The position numbers and the translations under genes were made by a program. Of a stretch of 64,000 nucleotides of DNA, positions 18,210 to 28,833 are shown in pieces (the stretch's first letter is position 1; each line of letters starts with the position of its first letter). Below the pieces are notes generated by a model. That model was not told the DNA's origin. It ran no database searches and saw nothing but the letters and a program-made list of their open reading frames with translations. Source of the DNA: Candidatus Latescibacterota bacterium (GTDB lineage: Bacteria > Latescibacterota > UBA2968 > UBA8231); contig OZ252098.1 of NCBI GenBank assembly GCA_965248355.1, positions 2,496,001 to 2,560,000 on the forward strand, in the 5' to 3' direction.

Positions 18210-20281
18210 GAGTCCTCCTCGTTCCGCCGCGCCTGCAGGGCCGCCTCGCTGGCGGCGCCCATCATCTTCTGGATCTGCCCCATCACCCGCTGGGGGTCCT
18301 CCACCTGGCCCTCGGCGAGGAGCACGTAGTCGACGAGGAAGTGGGCCCACGACTTCAACTCCTCCGAGTCGCGCTGGGCCTTCAGCAGCTCCCCCATGTT
18401 GCGGATCGCCGCGTGCCGGGGGTTGATCTCAAGGGTGCGCCGGGTGACCGGGAAGTTCTCGTCGCTGACGCGCATGAGCCGCTCCATCTGCTGGCTCAGG
18501 CCCCCCGAGGGCGTCACGAGGGCGCACGGACTGTCGCTCAGCCGGCTCGACTCCTTCACGTCCCCCACCCGCTCCTCCAGCTCCTTCTTCAGGAAGCTCG
18601 CCAGCTCGATGGTCCGCTCCTTGTCGCCGGCGTCCTCGGCGCCTTCGAGCTTGACCTCCTCGGGCAGCTCCACGTCCTCGGCGTCGACGGCCTGGAAGGG
18701 CTTGCCGTCGAAGTCCTGCATCGAGCCCACCACCCACTCGTCCACCGGATCGGTGAGGTAAAGGACCTCCAGGTCGTGGCGGCGGAAGGCCTCCAGCAGC
18801 GGGCTCTGCTCGACCGCCGCCCGGCTCTCGCCGCCGAGGTAGAAGATCTTCTCCTGGTCCGACTGCATGCGGTCCACGTAGTCCTGCAGGGCGACCAGCC
18901 CCTCGGTCTGGGGGGTGCGGGTCTTCTCGCTCTCTGCGCCGGCCTTGCCGCCGGCCTCCTGGCCCGCTCCGGCGCTCCCGGCGTCCGCCTCCGCGTCAGC
19001 TTCCTGACCCGCCTCCTCGGTGTCCGCCTCCGCGGAGCCCGCGTCTGTAGCCAGCTTCCCGGAGAAGGAGGAGTAGAAGCGCAGCAGCTTGCCCACCTGC
19101 TCGCGGTGCTCGAAGTCGCGGGCCACGCCTTCCTTGAGGACGATGCCGAAGGACTCCCAGAAGGTCAGGAAGGCGGCCGGGTCCCGGTCCGCAAGACCCT
19201 CGATGCAGGACAGGACCCGGCGCGTCAGGGTCTGGCGGATCTTCACGACCACCGGGTTGTTCTGCAGCGATTCGCGGGCCACGTTGAGGGGCAGGTCGTC
19301 GCAGTCGACGACGCCGCGCACGAAGCGCAGGTACAGGGGCAGGACCTCGCAGTCGTCCTGGATGAAGACGCGCTTCACGTGCAGGTTGACGCGCACCTTG
19401 GGATCCGGCGAGAACAGCAGCTCCAGCGGCGACTGACGCGGCACGTAGAGGACGGCGTAGAACTGGATGGGCACGTCCACGGCCACGTGCTCCCAGACCA
19501 GGGGCTCCTGGTGATCGCCGGACAGGTGCTGGTAGAACTCCTTGTACTGCTCGTCCGTGATCTCGTTGCGGGGGCGCGCCCACAGGGCCGAGGCCTCGTT
19601 GGCCTGCTTGCCGGCCACCTTGATCGGGTAGGCCACGTAGTCGGAGTGCCGGCGCACGACGGCCTCGAGGCGGTGGGCGTCGAGGTACTCCTCGCAGTCG
19701 GAGCGCACGAAGACCTGGATCTCCGTGCCGCGGCCGGTCTTGTCGCGGGTCGTGGCGATGGTGTAGCTGCCGTCGCCCGTGGACTCCCAGACCACGGCCT
19801 CGGCCTCGGGATCCGCCGACCGGGTGGTGAGCACGACGCGCTCGGCGATCATGAAGACCGAGTAGAAGCCGACCCCGAACTGGCCGATCAGCTTCAGCCG
19901 CTGCTCCTCGTCCTGCTCGGCCGAGAGCCGCTCCAGGAACTCCCGCGACCCCGAGTGGGCGATGGTGCCGATGTTGCGGTTCACCTCGTCCCGGCTCATG
20001 CCGATGCCGGTGTCGCGGATCGTCAGCTTCCTGGCCGTGTTGTCGACGCTGATGTCGATCTCGAGCTCGGCGTCGGGATCGACGATCCCCTGGTCGGTGA
20101 GGGAGCGGAAGCGGATCTTGTCGAGGGCGTCGGAGGCGTTGGAGACCAGCTCCCGCAGGAAGACGTCCTTGTCGGTGTAGAGGGAGTGGACGAGGATCTG
20201 CAGGACCTGCTGGACCTCGGTCTGGAAGGCCCGCTCCTCGACCTGGGCCTCCTGCTCGCCTGTGCTGTGATGCTCGGTCAT
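18206..20281 (-). CDS. htpG: Hsp90 chaperone
   Basis: FLRELVSNASDA, DTGIGM, IGQFGVGFYS, DLPLNVARE, LEINPRH. Confidence 0.97.
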   Translation of the reverse strand: MTEHHSTGEQEAQVEERAFQTEVQQVLQILVHSLYTDKDVFLRELVSNASDALDKIRFRSLTDQGIVDPDAELEIDISVDNTARKLTIRDTGIGMSRDEVNRNIGTIAHSGSREFLERLSAEQDEEQRLKLIGQFGVGFYSVFMIAERVVLTTRSADPEAEAVVWESTGDGSYTIATTRDKTGRGTEIQVFVRSDCEEYLDAHRLEAVVRRHSDYVAYPIKVAGKQANEASALWARPRNEITDEQYKEFYQHLSGDHQEPLVWEHVAVDVPIQFYAVLYVPRQSPLELLFSPDPKVRVNLHVKRVFIQDDCEVLPLYLRFVRGVVDCDDLPLNVARESLQNNPVVVKIRQTLTRRVLSCIEGLADRDPAAFLTFWESFGIVLKEGVARDFEHREQVGKLLRFYSSFSGKLATDAGSAEADTEEAGQEADAEADAGSAGAGQEAGGKAGAESEKTRTPQTEGLVALQDYVDRMQSDQEKIFYLGGESRAAVEQSPLLEAFRRHDLEVLYLTDPVDEWVVGSMQDFDGKPFQAVDAEDVELPEEVKLEGAEDAGDKERTIELASFLKKELEERVGDVKESSRLSDSPCALVTPSGGLSQQMERLMRVSDENFPVTRRTLEINPRHAAIRNMGELLKAQRDSEELKSWAHFLVDYVLLAEGQVEDPQRVMGQIQKMMGAASEAALQARRNEEDS

Positions 20282-20403
20282 GATGCCTTCGGACGGTCGG
20301 GGTGGCTGTGGCGTCGGGGAAGCGTGAGAATTTACGGCCCCCCCCCGCCGGGGCAAGGAGGCCTTTGGCCGGTCCCGTCCGGCGCCCGTATCTTCCTGGC
20401 GCC

Positions 20404-21678
20404 ATGGGAATCGACTGCGACCTGCTCATCGTCGGCGCCGGTCCGGCGGGGACCGCAGCCGCCATGTACGCCGCCCGGCAAGGCCTGACCTCGATCGTCC
20501 TCGACCGGGACACCTTCCCGCGCGACAAGATCTGCGGCGACGCCCTGTCCGGGAAGGCCCTGTCGGTCCTCGACGAGCTCGGCCTTCTGAAGGCCGCGGC
20601 CGGCCTGGACGGCAGCGAGATCAACCGGGTCCTCATGTCCAGCCCGGAGCACGTCGGCCTGAGCGTCGACCTGAGCGACCGGCGCCACCACGACCCCCTC
20701 ACCGGGCGAGAGCTGCCGCTGCGCGGCTACGTGATCCGCCGCCGCGTCTTCGACCACTTCCTGGTGCGCGCGGCCCGGGACCGCGGCATCGAGGTGCGCG
20801 AGGGGTTCGCCGTCAAGGACCTGGTGCGCGACGAGGCCGGCCGCGTCGTCGGCGTGCGCGGCCACCAGGGCGGCGGTTCCGGAAACGGCAATGGCCACCG
20901 CGGCCCCGAGGAGACCCTGAGGGCCCGCGTCGTCCTGGGCTGCGACGGCTTCAACTCCATCGTCGCCCGCCGCTCCGGCCTCTATGCCCACGATCCGCAA
21001 CACTGGGTGGTCGCCCTGCGCTGCTACTACGAAGGCGTCGCCGGCACCACCGACGAGATCGAGCTGCACTTCGTCGACGAGGTCCGGCCCGGGTACTTCT
21101 GGATCTTCCCCCTCGAGAACGGCGGCGCCAACATCGGCATCGGCATGGTGCACTCGGAGATGAAGCGCCGGGGCGTGGACCTGAAGCGCGCCCTGGCGGC
21201 GGTCATCGCCCGGCCGCCCTTTGCCGAGCGCTTCGCCGGGGCCCGGCCGCTGGAGCGCCCCGTTGGCTGGAACCTGCCCGTGGGCAGCCGCCGGCGACCC
21301 TGCCACGGCGACGGCTTCCTGCTGCTGGGCGACGCCGCCAGCCTCATCGACCCCTTCACCGGCGAGGGCATCGGCAACGCCCTCTACTCGGCCCGCCTCG
21401 CCGCCGAGGTCTGCCGCGAGGCGATCGCCGCGGAGGATACCTCGGCCGCCGTCCTCGGCCCCTACGAGGACCGCCTCTGGGAGGCCCTCGGCCCCGAGCT
21501 CAGGGTGAGCTACCAGATGCAGCGCATGGGCCGCGTGCGGCCGCTGCTCAACTTCGTCATCGGCAAGGGCGCCCGCTCGGCGAAGGTCTCCGAGCACATC
21601 TGCGGCATGATGGCCAACGCCGTGCCGAAGAAGGAGCTCACCAGCCCCCTGTACTACCTCAAGCTGCTCTTCGCCTGA
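20404..21678 (+). CDS. geranylgeranyl reductase-family FAD oxidoreductase
   Basis: GAGPAG, FPRDKICGD, GDAASLIDPFTGEGI. Confidence 0.9.
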   Translation: MGIDCDLLIVGAGPAGTAAAMYAARQGLTSIVLDRDTFPRDKICGDALSGKALSVLDELGLLKAAAGLDGSEINRVLMSSPEHVGLSVDLSDRRHHDPLTGRELPLRGYVIRRRVFDHFLVRAARDRGIEVREGFAVKDLVRDEAGRVVGVRGHQGGGSGNGNGHRGPEETLRARVVLGCDGFNSIVARRSGLYAHDPQHWVVALRCYYEGVAGTTDEIELHFVDEVRPGYFWIFPLENGGANIGIGMVHSEMKRRGVDLKRALAAVIARPPFAERFAGARPLERPVGWNLPVGSRRRPCHGDGFLLLGDAASLIDPFTGEGIGNALYSARLAAEVCREAIAAEDTSAAVLGPYEDRLWEALGPELRVSYQMQRMGRVRPLLNFVIGKGARSAKVSEHICGMMANAVPKKELTSPLYYLKLLFA

Positions 21679-21709
21679 AGAGGTGGTCCCGGAGCGAACG
21701 CTCCGGGTC

Positions 21710-22516
21710 TCAGAGCGCGGAGGCCAGGAAACCGCCGTCCACGGGCAGATCGGCGCCGGTGACGAAGGAGCTGGCCTCGTGGGAGGCCAGGAAGACCGCC
21801 GCGCCAACCAACTCCCGAGGATCGCCGAAGCGGCCCATGGGCGTGCGCTCCAGGATCTGCCGGCCTCGCTCCGTGGGCTCCCCGTCCTCGTCGAACAGCA
21901 GGCGGCGGTTCTGCTCGCCGGGAAAGAACCCGGGCGTGATCGAGTTGACCCGCACCGCCGGCGCCCACTCCCGCGCCAGGAACCGCGTCAGGTTGACCAC
22001 CGCCGCCTTGGCCGCCGAGTAGGCCACCACCCGCGACAGGGGGACGTGGGCGGTGATCGAGGCGATGTTGACGATGGAACCGCGGCCGGCGGCCCTCATG
22101 GGCGGGCCGAAGACCTGGCACGGCAGCAGCACCCCGGCGGCCAGGTTCAGATCGAGGCAGTCCCTCCAGGCCTGCAGGTCCACGTCCTCGAAGCGGAGCT
22201 GCTCGTCCAGGGTCACGGCGGGGTGGTTGCCGCCGGCGGCGTTGACGAGCACCGCCGGCTCGCCGAGGCCCTCCAGCACGCGCTCCCGCGCCTCGGCCAG
22301 GTGCTCCCGCGAGCCCGCGTCGCAGGGGATGAAGGCGGCGCGGCCTCCCGCCGCCTCGATCGCCTCCGCGACCCGCCCGCCGCGAGTTGGGTTGCGTCCG
22401 GCCACGGCCACCGCCGCCCCGGCCGCCGCCAGACCTCGCGCCATGGCGCCCCCGAGGGCCCCGGTGCCGCCGACGACGACGGCCACCTGCCCGTCGAGGC
22501 GGAAGCGGTCGGTCAC
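21710..22516 (-). CDS. SDR oxidoreductase (D-mannonate oxidoreductase-like)
   Basis: GGTGALG, LVNAAGGN, YSAAK, PGFFPGEQNR. Confidence 0.88.
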   Translation of the reverse strand: MTDRFRLDGQVAVVVGGTGALGGAMARGLAAAGAAVAVAGRNPTRGGRVAEAIEAAGGRAAFIPCDAGSREHLAEARERVLEGLGEPAVLVNAAGGNHPAVTLDEQLRFEDVDLQAWRDCLDLNLAAGVLLPCQVFGPPMRAAGRGSIVNIASITAHVPLSRVVAYSAAKAAVVNLTRFLAREWAPAVRVNSITPGFFPGEQNRRLLFDEDGEPTERGRQILERTPMGRFGDPRELVGAAVFLASHEASSFVTGADLPVDGGFLASAL

Positions 22517-23340
22517 GGCACCCCCCGCAGGCCCCAGCCCGCGGCCACGGCCCGCGACAGCAGGCCGATGAGGCCTCCGAAGACGTTGCCCCACACGATC
22601 AGCCAGCCGAGGTGGCGGCGCATGACGTGCTCCATCATCTCCTTGACGATGCGGGGCGTCAGCTCCTCGAGCTTGGCCTCCAGCAGCCCGTCCACCTGGG
22701 CGCGCAAGGCCGGGATGCCGGCCGACGGATCCTCCCGCAGGCGCTCCTCGACCAGGGGCGCCAGACGGTCGATCAGGGCCCCCATGAACTGCCGCGCCAG
22801 GACCTTGAGCACGTCCGGCCCGGCCATGCGGACCATCATGCCCATGGGGCCCTGCTTCAGCGTCTCCAGTTCCGCCTCGATGGCGCGGTCGGCCTCCTCC
22901 GAGTCCAGCAGGGCCCGCATCTCCTCCCCCAGGCGCGGGGCCACGTTCCCGGACCCTTGCTCCTCGAAGAACCGGCGCAGGTAGGCCTCCTCGAAGAAGT
23001 GGGTCATGATCAGCGTCTTGATGGTGGCGCGGATCTCGCGGAAGCGGTTGGGGATCACGCCCGACCCGTAGAGGCCGGGGACGCGGTCGAAGAGCATCTT
23101 CACGGCGAGCCAGTTGGTGATGCCGCCGGCGAACCCGAAGAGCCCGGCGGCCAGCGCCCACGGAGCGGCCGCCGTCAGCCAGGCGGGGGTCCCGGGAGGC
23201 GCCGCGGAAAGACCCAGGCCCGCCAGGAGCAGCAGCAGCGAGAGGCCGTTGGAGACCTTCCCCTTGGTCCAGAAGCCGGCCTCTCCGGAGAGGCCGGGGA
23301 TCTCCGGAGAGGGGCTCTCCGTCTCGGGAGCCTCCCTCAC
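22513..23340 (-). CDS. DUF445 membrane protein
   Basis: GGITNWLAVKMLF...GVIP...LGWLIVWGNVFGGLIG. Confidence 0.85.
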   Translation of the reverse strand: MREAPETESPSPEIPGLSGEAGFWTKGKVSNGLSLLLLLAGLGLSAAPPGTPAWLTAAAPWALAAGLFGFAGGITNWLAVKMLFDRVPGLYGSGVIPNRFREIRATIKTLIMTHFFEEAYLRRFFEEQGSGNVAPRLGEEMRALLDSEEADRAIEAELETLKQGPMGMMVRMAGPDVLKVLARQFMGALIDRLAPLVEERLREDPSAGIPALRAQVDGLLEAKLEELTPRIVKEMMEHVMRRHLGWLIVWGNVFGGLIGLLSRAVAAGWGLRGVP

Positions 23341-24440
23341 GGCAGCCCCCGGTCCGTGGACGTGTCCCGGCGGTCGCGGTGGCGCTCGAGGGCGAGCTGG
23401 ATCAGGCGGTCGATCAGCTCCGCATAGCTGACGCCGCTGGCCTCCCACAGCTTGGGATACATGCTGATCGGCGTGAACCCCGGCATGGTGTTGATCTCGT
23501 TCACGTAGACCCGCTCCTCCTCGTCGCGGCTGACGAAGAAGTCCACCCGGGACAGGCCGGCGGCCTCCACCGCCAGGAAGGCCCGCCGCCCCAGGTCGCG
23601 CACCCGCTGCGCCGTCTCCGGCCGGATGCGCGCCGGGATGATGAGCTCGGAGTTGTCGTCGAGGTACTTGGCGCGGTAGTCGTAGAACTCGTTGCCCGGC
23701 ACGATCTCCCCGGCCACCGAGACCTCGGGGTCCTCGTACCCGAGGACCGAGACCTCCACCTCGCGGCAGTCGGCGGCCTCGGCCTCGACGACGAGCTTGC
23801 GGTCATAGCGCGAGGCCTCGTCCAGGCCTGCCGCCAGCTCGCCGGCGTCGCGCGCCTTGGAGATGCCCACGCTGGACCCGAGGTTGGCGGGCTTGACGAA
23901 CATGGGGTAGCCGAGCCGCTCCTCCAGCTCGCCCCGCACCGCCTCCGGCTCGGCGCGCCAGCGGCTGCGCAGCACCGCGGCGAACTCCACCTGGTCGAAG
24001 CCCTCGGCCTGGAAGACGCGCTTCATCAGGTCCTTGTCCATGCCCACCGCCGAGCCGAGGACGCCGGATCCCACGTAGGCGACGCCGGCCAGCTCCATCA
24101 GGCCCTGCACGGTGCCGTCCTCGCCGTAGGGGCCGTGCAGGATGGGGAAGATGACGTCCACCGGCCGGGCGCCGGCCGTGCCGTTCTGCATGACCAGGTC
24201 GCCACCCGGGTAGTCGAGGGCCACGGGCTGGAGCCCCTCCCCCCCCACCTCGCCGGCGGCCAGCAGGCCCGTGGCGTCGCCCGCGGCCAGCCAGCGGCCC
24301 TCGCGGTCGATGCCGATCATGGTGACCTCGTACTTGTCCCGGTCGATCGACTCCAGCACGGAGCGCGCGGAGGTGACGGAGACCTCGTGCTCGGCGGAGC
24401 GGCCCCCGAAGAGGACGCCGACCCGGATCTTGTCGGGCAT
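23337..24440 (-). CDS. ddl: D-alanine--D-alanine ligase
   Basis: GGRSAEHEVS, LHGPYGEDG, KPANLGSSVG, FYDYRAKY, NEINTMPGFT. Confidence 0.96.
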   Translation of the reverse strand: MPDKIRVGVLFGGRSAEHEVSVTSARSVLESIDRDKYEVTMIGIDREGRWLAAGDATGLLAAGEVGGEGLQPVALDYPGGDLVMQNGTAGARPVDVIFPILHGPYGEDGTVQGLMELAGVAYVGSGVLGSAVGMDKDLMKRVFQAEGFDQVEFAAVLRSRWRAEPEAVRGELEERLGYPMFVKPANLGSSVGISKARDAGELAAGLDEASRYDRKLVVEAEAADCREVEVSVLGYEDPEVSVAGEIVPGNEFYDYRAKYLDDNSELIIPARIRPETAQRVRDLGRRAFLAVEAAGLSRVDFFVSRDEEERVYVNEINTMPGFTPISMYPKLWEASGVSYAELIDRLIQLALERHRDRRDTSTDRGLP

Positions 24441-24576
24441 TTTGGGGTTGCGCCTTTCTGTGGTGGTTGGAGTGATGACCCAAGATACACAGTCGGCCGG
24501 AAACCGGCCCCCGCGAGCCTTGCCCGGCCGGAGCGCCGCGAGGTAGATTGGCCTTCCGGACAGGAGGATCCACCCC

Positions 24577-24975
24577 ATGATCCGAGCTCTTCTCGCCGTC
24601 GCCGCGGGGATCGCCGTCGCCTTCGGCGGCATCGCCCTGCTCCAGTCCATCGGCCACGAGATGTACCCGCCGCCCGAGGGGATCGACCCGGCCGACCGGG
24701 ACGCCTTCGCCGAGATCGTCGGCCAGATGCCGGCCGGCGCCCTGCTCATGGTGCTGCTCGCCTATGCCCTGGGGACGTTCTGCGGCGCCTGGGTGGCGGC
24801 GCGCATCGCCGCACGGCCCTTTCCGGCTCTGCTCGTGGGCGGGGTGATGATGCTCGCCGGCATCTCCAACTTGGCGATCATCCCGCACCCGCTGTGGTTC
24901 ATGGTGCTCAGCGTTCTCGTCTTCGTGCCCTCGGCCTGGCTCGCCAGCCGCGTGGCCGGGGTCCACTCCTCGTGA
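24577..24975 (+). CDS. hypothetical membrane protein (about 4 TM)
   Basis: AGGAGG RBS; hydrophobic segments; HPLWF. Confidence 0.75.
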   Translation: MIRALLAVAAGIAVAFGGIALLQSIGHEMYPPPEGIDPADRDAFAEIVGQMPAGALLMVLLAYALGTFCGAWVAARIAARPFPALLVGGVMMLAGISNLAIIPHPLWFMVLSVLVFVPSAWLASRVAGVHSS

Positions 24976-25247
24976 GCGGTGCCCCGCCGCGCGCCCGGGT
25001 CCCCGCCGATGCCCGCACGGTCTCGGTCTTCTGCGCCGGGTGCCGGACCCTGCTGCTGCGCTACCGCAAGGGGGGCGCCGGCGGCCTGGTGAAGATCCGC
25101 CCGGAGCGCATCGCCGAGGACCTCACCGGCGGCGACCTCCGCTGCCCCCGGTGCGGCCAGGCCTTCGCCCGCGAGCGCGGCACCATGGGCGGGCCCGCCT
25201 TCCTCATCGGCGGCAAGGTCTTCACCCGGGGCCTGCGCCGGAAATGA
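24972..25247 (+). CDS. small zinc-ribbon protein
   Basis: CAGC...YRKGG...CPRCG; overlaps both neighbours by 4 bp. Confidence 0.7.
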   Translation: MSGAPPRARVPADARTVSVFCAGCRTLLLRYRKGGAGGLVKIRPERIAEDLTGGDLRCPRCGQAFARERGTMGGPAFLIGGKVFTRGLRRK

Positions 25248-26539
25248 CCGCCGCGCCCGCATCTCCCGGCCCCGCCTTCGGCCGGCCCCGCGAGGTGGAC
25301 GTCCTCGTGGTCGGGGCCGGCGCCGTGGGCGTCTGCAGCGCCTGGTTCCTGCGCCGCGCCGGCGCCGAGGTGGTCCTCCTCGACAAGGGCGCCGTCTGCT
25401 CGGGCAGCTCCCACGGCAACGCCGGCCTCGTCGTGCCGAGTCACAGCGTGCCCCTGGCCGAGCCGGCGGCGCTGCGCGCCGGCCTGCGCTACATGCTGAG
25501 CCCGGACAGCCCCTTCTACATCAAGCCGCGCCTCGACGGCGACCTGCTGCGCTGGCTGTGGCGCTTCCGCCGCGCCGCCACCCAGGCCCGCGTCGACCGG
25601 GCCGTCCCCGTCCTGCGCGATCTCCACCTCGAGAGCCGCGGCCTCTACCGCGAGATCGCCGACAGCGGCCTGGACTTCGGCTACAGCGAGATCGGCCGGC
25701 TCATGCTGTGCGACAGCCCGGAGGGGCTGGCCGGCGCCGAGGAGGAGGCGCACCACATGCGCGCCGCCGGTGTCGAGGTGGAGAGTCTGGACGCTGCCGA
25801 GGCCGCCGGACGGCTGGGCGACTTGGAGGTCCGCTGCGTGGGCGGCCTCTTCTACCCCCAGGACGCCCACATGGATCCCGGACGCTTCGTGCGCGGCCTG
25901 GCCGGCCGCGCCGCCGAGGAAGGCGTGACCGTCATCGAGGGGGCCGAGGTGCTGCGGCTGCTGACCCGGGGCGACTCCGTCGAGGCCGTGGAGACGACGC
26001 GCGGCGCCTTCCGCCCGCGGCAGCTCGTCCTCGCCGCCGGCTCCTGGAGCCCGGAGCTGGCCCGCGGCCTCGGGGTGGAGGCGCCGATCCAGCCGGCCAA
26101 GGGATACTCGGTCACCGTCGAGGCCCCGGACGGCACGCCGGAGCTGCCGCTCATGCTGACCGAGGCCCGGGTGGCGATGACGCCCATGGGCCGGGGGCGG
26201 CTGCGCTTCGCCGGCACCCTGGAGCTGGCCGGCCTGGACCTGTCCATCAACCAGCGCCGCGTCGACGCCATCATGCGCGCCGTGCCGCGCTACATCCCCC
26301 ACTGGGATCCCGCCGGCTTCCGCGTCCACGAGGTCTGGCGCGGGCTGCGGCCCTGCACCCCCGACGGCATGGCCCTCCTCGGCCGGCCGCGGCGGTGGGG
26401 CAACGTGGTGATGGCCGCCGGGCATGCCACGATCGGCCTCTCCCTGGGGCCGGTGACCGGACGCATCGTCTCCCGGCTGGCGGCCGGCGAGGAACCCGGC
26501 CACGACCTGAGCCTGCTCGACCCCGACCGCTTCACCTGA
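25244..26539 (+). CDS. D-amino acid dehydrogenase (DadA-like)
   Basis: GAGAVG, SHGNAG, AKGYS, WRGLRPCTPDG, GH...GLSLGPVTG. Confidence 0.9.
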   Translation: MTAAPASPGPAFGRPREVDVLVVGAGAVGVCSAWFLRRAGAEVVLLDKGAVCSGSSHGNAGLVVPSHSVPLAEPAALRAGLRYMLSPDSPFYIKPRLDGDLLRWLWRFRRAATQARVDRAVPVLRDLHLESRGLYREIADSGLDFGYSEIGRLMLCDSPEGLAGAEEEAHHMRAAGVEVESLDAAEAAGRLGDLEVRCVGGLFYPQDAHMDPGRFVRGLAGRAAEEGVTVIEGAEVLRLLTRGDSVEAVETTRGAFRPRQLVLAAGSWSPELARGLGVEAPIQPAKGYSVTVEAPDGTPELPLMLTEARVAMTPMGRGRLRFAGTLELAGLDLSINQRRVDAIMRAVPRYIPHWDPAGFRVHEVWRGLRPCTPDGMALLGRPRRWGNVVMAAGHATIGLSLGPVTGRIVSRLAAGEEPGHDLSLLDPDRFT

Positions 26540-26550
26540 GAAAGGACGCC

Positions 26551-27594
26551 ATGCTCCCCATCGACCTGGGCAACCTCTACCTCGACCGGCGGGCGGAGTC
26601 CCGCTCCCTGAGCGCCGAGAACCCCGATGGCGCCGTCGGCGGCGGCGCCCGCGCCGAGCCCGGGCCCGACAGCGCCGCCCGGGATCTCGGCAAGGGCTGG
26701 AAGGTCCGTCCGTGTCTGAAGCTGGCCCCCGGCAGCACCACCACCCTGATGGACCACGAGGGACCCGGCGTCCTCCGCCACATGTGGTTCACCTTCCGCC
26801 ACACGTTCTACCGCTCCGTCATCCTGCGCATCTACTGGGACGGACAGGACCACCCCTCGGTGGAGGCGCCGCTGGGAGACTTCGGCTGCAACGCCTGGAA
26901 CGAGCGCCAGGACGTGCTCGGCGCGCCGGTCAACGTCAACCCCAACGGCGGCATGAACATCTACTTCCCCATGCCTTTCCGCCGGCAGGTCCGCATCACC
27001 GTGGAGAACGACGGCGTCAACGAGCTGCCCGGGTTCTTCTACACGATTGACTACACCCTCGAGGAGGTCCCGGACGAAGCCCTCGCCTTCTGCGCCCAGT
27101 GGCGGCGGACCAACCCGCTGCCCTACGCACAGGAGTACGTCATGGCCGACGGCATCCGGGGCCGCGGTCAGTACGTGGGCACCTTCATGGCCTGGCAGCA
27201 GAACAGCGCCGGCTGGTGGGGCGAAGGGGAGATCAAGATCTTCCTCGACGGCGACGGCGAGCACCCGACGATCTGCGGCACCGGCACCGAGGACTACTTC
27301 TGCGGCGCCTGGGGTTTCGGCCGCGACTTCTCGGGACCGTACGCCGGCTTCCGCCAGGTGGTGAAGAGCTCCGGCGAGGCCGGCTGCCGCATGACCCTGT
27401 ACCGCTTCCACGTCCACGACCCCGTGTTCTTCAAGAGCGACCTGCGCCTGCACATGCAGGCCCTCGGCTGGCGCTCGGAGGGCCGCTACCTGGCCCTGCA
27501 GGACGACATCGCCTCCGTGGTCTACTGGTACCAGACGCTGCCGTCGGCGCCCCTGCCCGAGCTGCCGGGCGCGGACGCTCGGGAGGTCATCTGA
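26551..27594 (+). CDS. DUF2961/GH172 glycoside hydrolase
   Basis: SAENPDG, WWGEGEIKIFLDGD, ICGTGTEDYF. Confidence 0.9.
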   Translation: MLPIDLGNLYLDRRAESRSLSAENPDGAVGGGARAEPGPDSAARDLGKGWKVRPCLKLAPGSTTTLMDHEGPGVLRHMWFTFRHTFYRSVILRIYWDGQDHPSVEAPLGDFGCNAWNERQDVLGAPVNVNPNGGMNIYFPMPFRRQVRITVENDGVNELPGFFYTIDYTLEEVPDEALAFCAQWRRTNPLPYAQEYVMADGIRGRGQYVGTFMAWQQNSAGWWGEGEIKIFLDGDGEHPTICGTGTEDYFCGAWGFGRDFSGPYAGFRQVVKSSGEAGCRMTLYRFHVHDPVFFKSDLRLHMQALGWRSEGRYLALQDDIASVVYWYQTLPSAPLPELPGADAREVI

Positions 27595-27703
27595 GCCGCC
27601 GTTCGGGGGCGAAGCGCCCCTCCTGACGCCCGGCGCGCAATCTTGTCGGCCTTTGGGGCCATGCGTACCTTGCGCCGTTCCCCTCTCGCGGCGGTAATCA
27701 GAC

Positions 27704-28762
27704 ATGGCAGACCGGGCTCTCGTCTTCATCGGCAACTACACCAGGGGTGACGACGCCGCCATCTACTACGGCGAGGCCGACCCCGCCTCGGGCGCCCTGC
27801 GCATCCACGGCCGGACGCCGTGCGAGGACTCCCCCTCCTTCCTCGTCCTGCACCCCAACGGCCGCTGCCTCTACGCCGTGAACGAGGTCTCCCACTTCGA
27901 CGGCGGCGGTGCCGTCAGCGCCTTCTCCATCGACGCCGACTCGGGGGCCCTCACCTTCCTCAACCTGCAGCCCACCGGCGGTTCGGCGCCGTGCCACAAC
28001 ACCGTCGACCACAGCGGCCGCTACGTCCTCAGCGCCAACTACGGCGGCGGCAGCGTCTCCATGCACCCGGTGCGGGACGACGGCAGCCTGGGGGAGATCT
28101 CCGACTTCCATCAGCACGAGGGCTCCAGCGTCGATCCGGGGCGCCAGCAGGGGCCGCACGCTCACTCGATCAACGTCGATCCGGACAACGGCTTCGCCTT
28201 CTGCGCCGACCTCGGCCTCGACGAGGTCCTGGTCTACGCCCTCGACCTGGAGGCCGGCCGGCTGGTCCCCCACGGCGCGGGACGGGTGACCCCCGGCGCC
28301 GGGCCCCGGCACATGGCCTTCCACCCGAACCGGCGCTTCGCCTACGTCATCAACGAGATTTCCAACACCATCACGGTCTTCGCCCGCGGCGAGGACGGCG
28401 GCTCCCTCACCGAGGTCGAGGAGGTGACGACGCTGCCCGCGGGCTACGCCGAGACCACGCACACCTCCGACATCCACCTCTCCTCCGACGGCCGCTTCCT
28501 CTACGGCTCCAACCGCGGCCACGACTCGATCGCCGCCTTCGCCGTCGACGCCGGCAGCGGCCGCCTCACCCTTCTCGGCCACGCGCCGGTGCCGTCGGCG
28601 CCGCGCAACTTCGCCCTCGACCCCACGGGCCGCTGGCTCTACTCGGGCGGACACCACACGGACCGCATCGCCGTGCTCCGCGTCGACGACTCGGGCCGGC
28701 TTCAAGACACGGGACAGGGCGTGGACACGCCCTCCCCGGTGTGCATCAAGATGCTTCGCTGA
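27704..28762 (+). CDS. pgl: lactonase (6-phosphogluconolactonase family, 7-bladed propeller)
   Basis: ANYGGGS, RQQGPHAH, GAGPRH, SNRGHDSI, PRNF. Confidence 0.85.
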   Translation: MADRALVFIGNYTRGDDAAIYYGEADPASGALRIHGRTPCEDSPSFLVLHPNGRCLYAVNEVSHFDGGGAVSAFSIDADSGALTFLNLQPTGGSAPCHNTVDHSGRYVLSANYGGGSVSMHPVRDDGSLGEISDFHQHEGSSVDPGRQQGPHAHSINVDPDNGFAFCADLGLDEVLVYALDLEAGRLVPHGAGRVTPGAGPRHMAFHPNRRFAYVINEISNTITVFARGEDGGSLTEVEEVTTLPAGYAETTHTSDIHLSSDGRFLYGSNRGHDSIAAFAVDAGSGRLTLLGHAPVPSAPRNFALDPTGRWLYSGGHHTDRIAVLRVDDSGRLQDTGQGVDTPSPVCIKMLR

Positions 28763-28833
28763 GAAACCGCCCGCGCCGCAGCGCGTCGAATCAACAGCCG
28801 GAGTCACAAAGCCACGGTCTGAAGGAGGCCACC

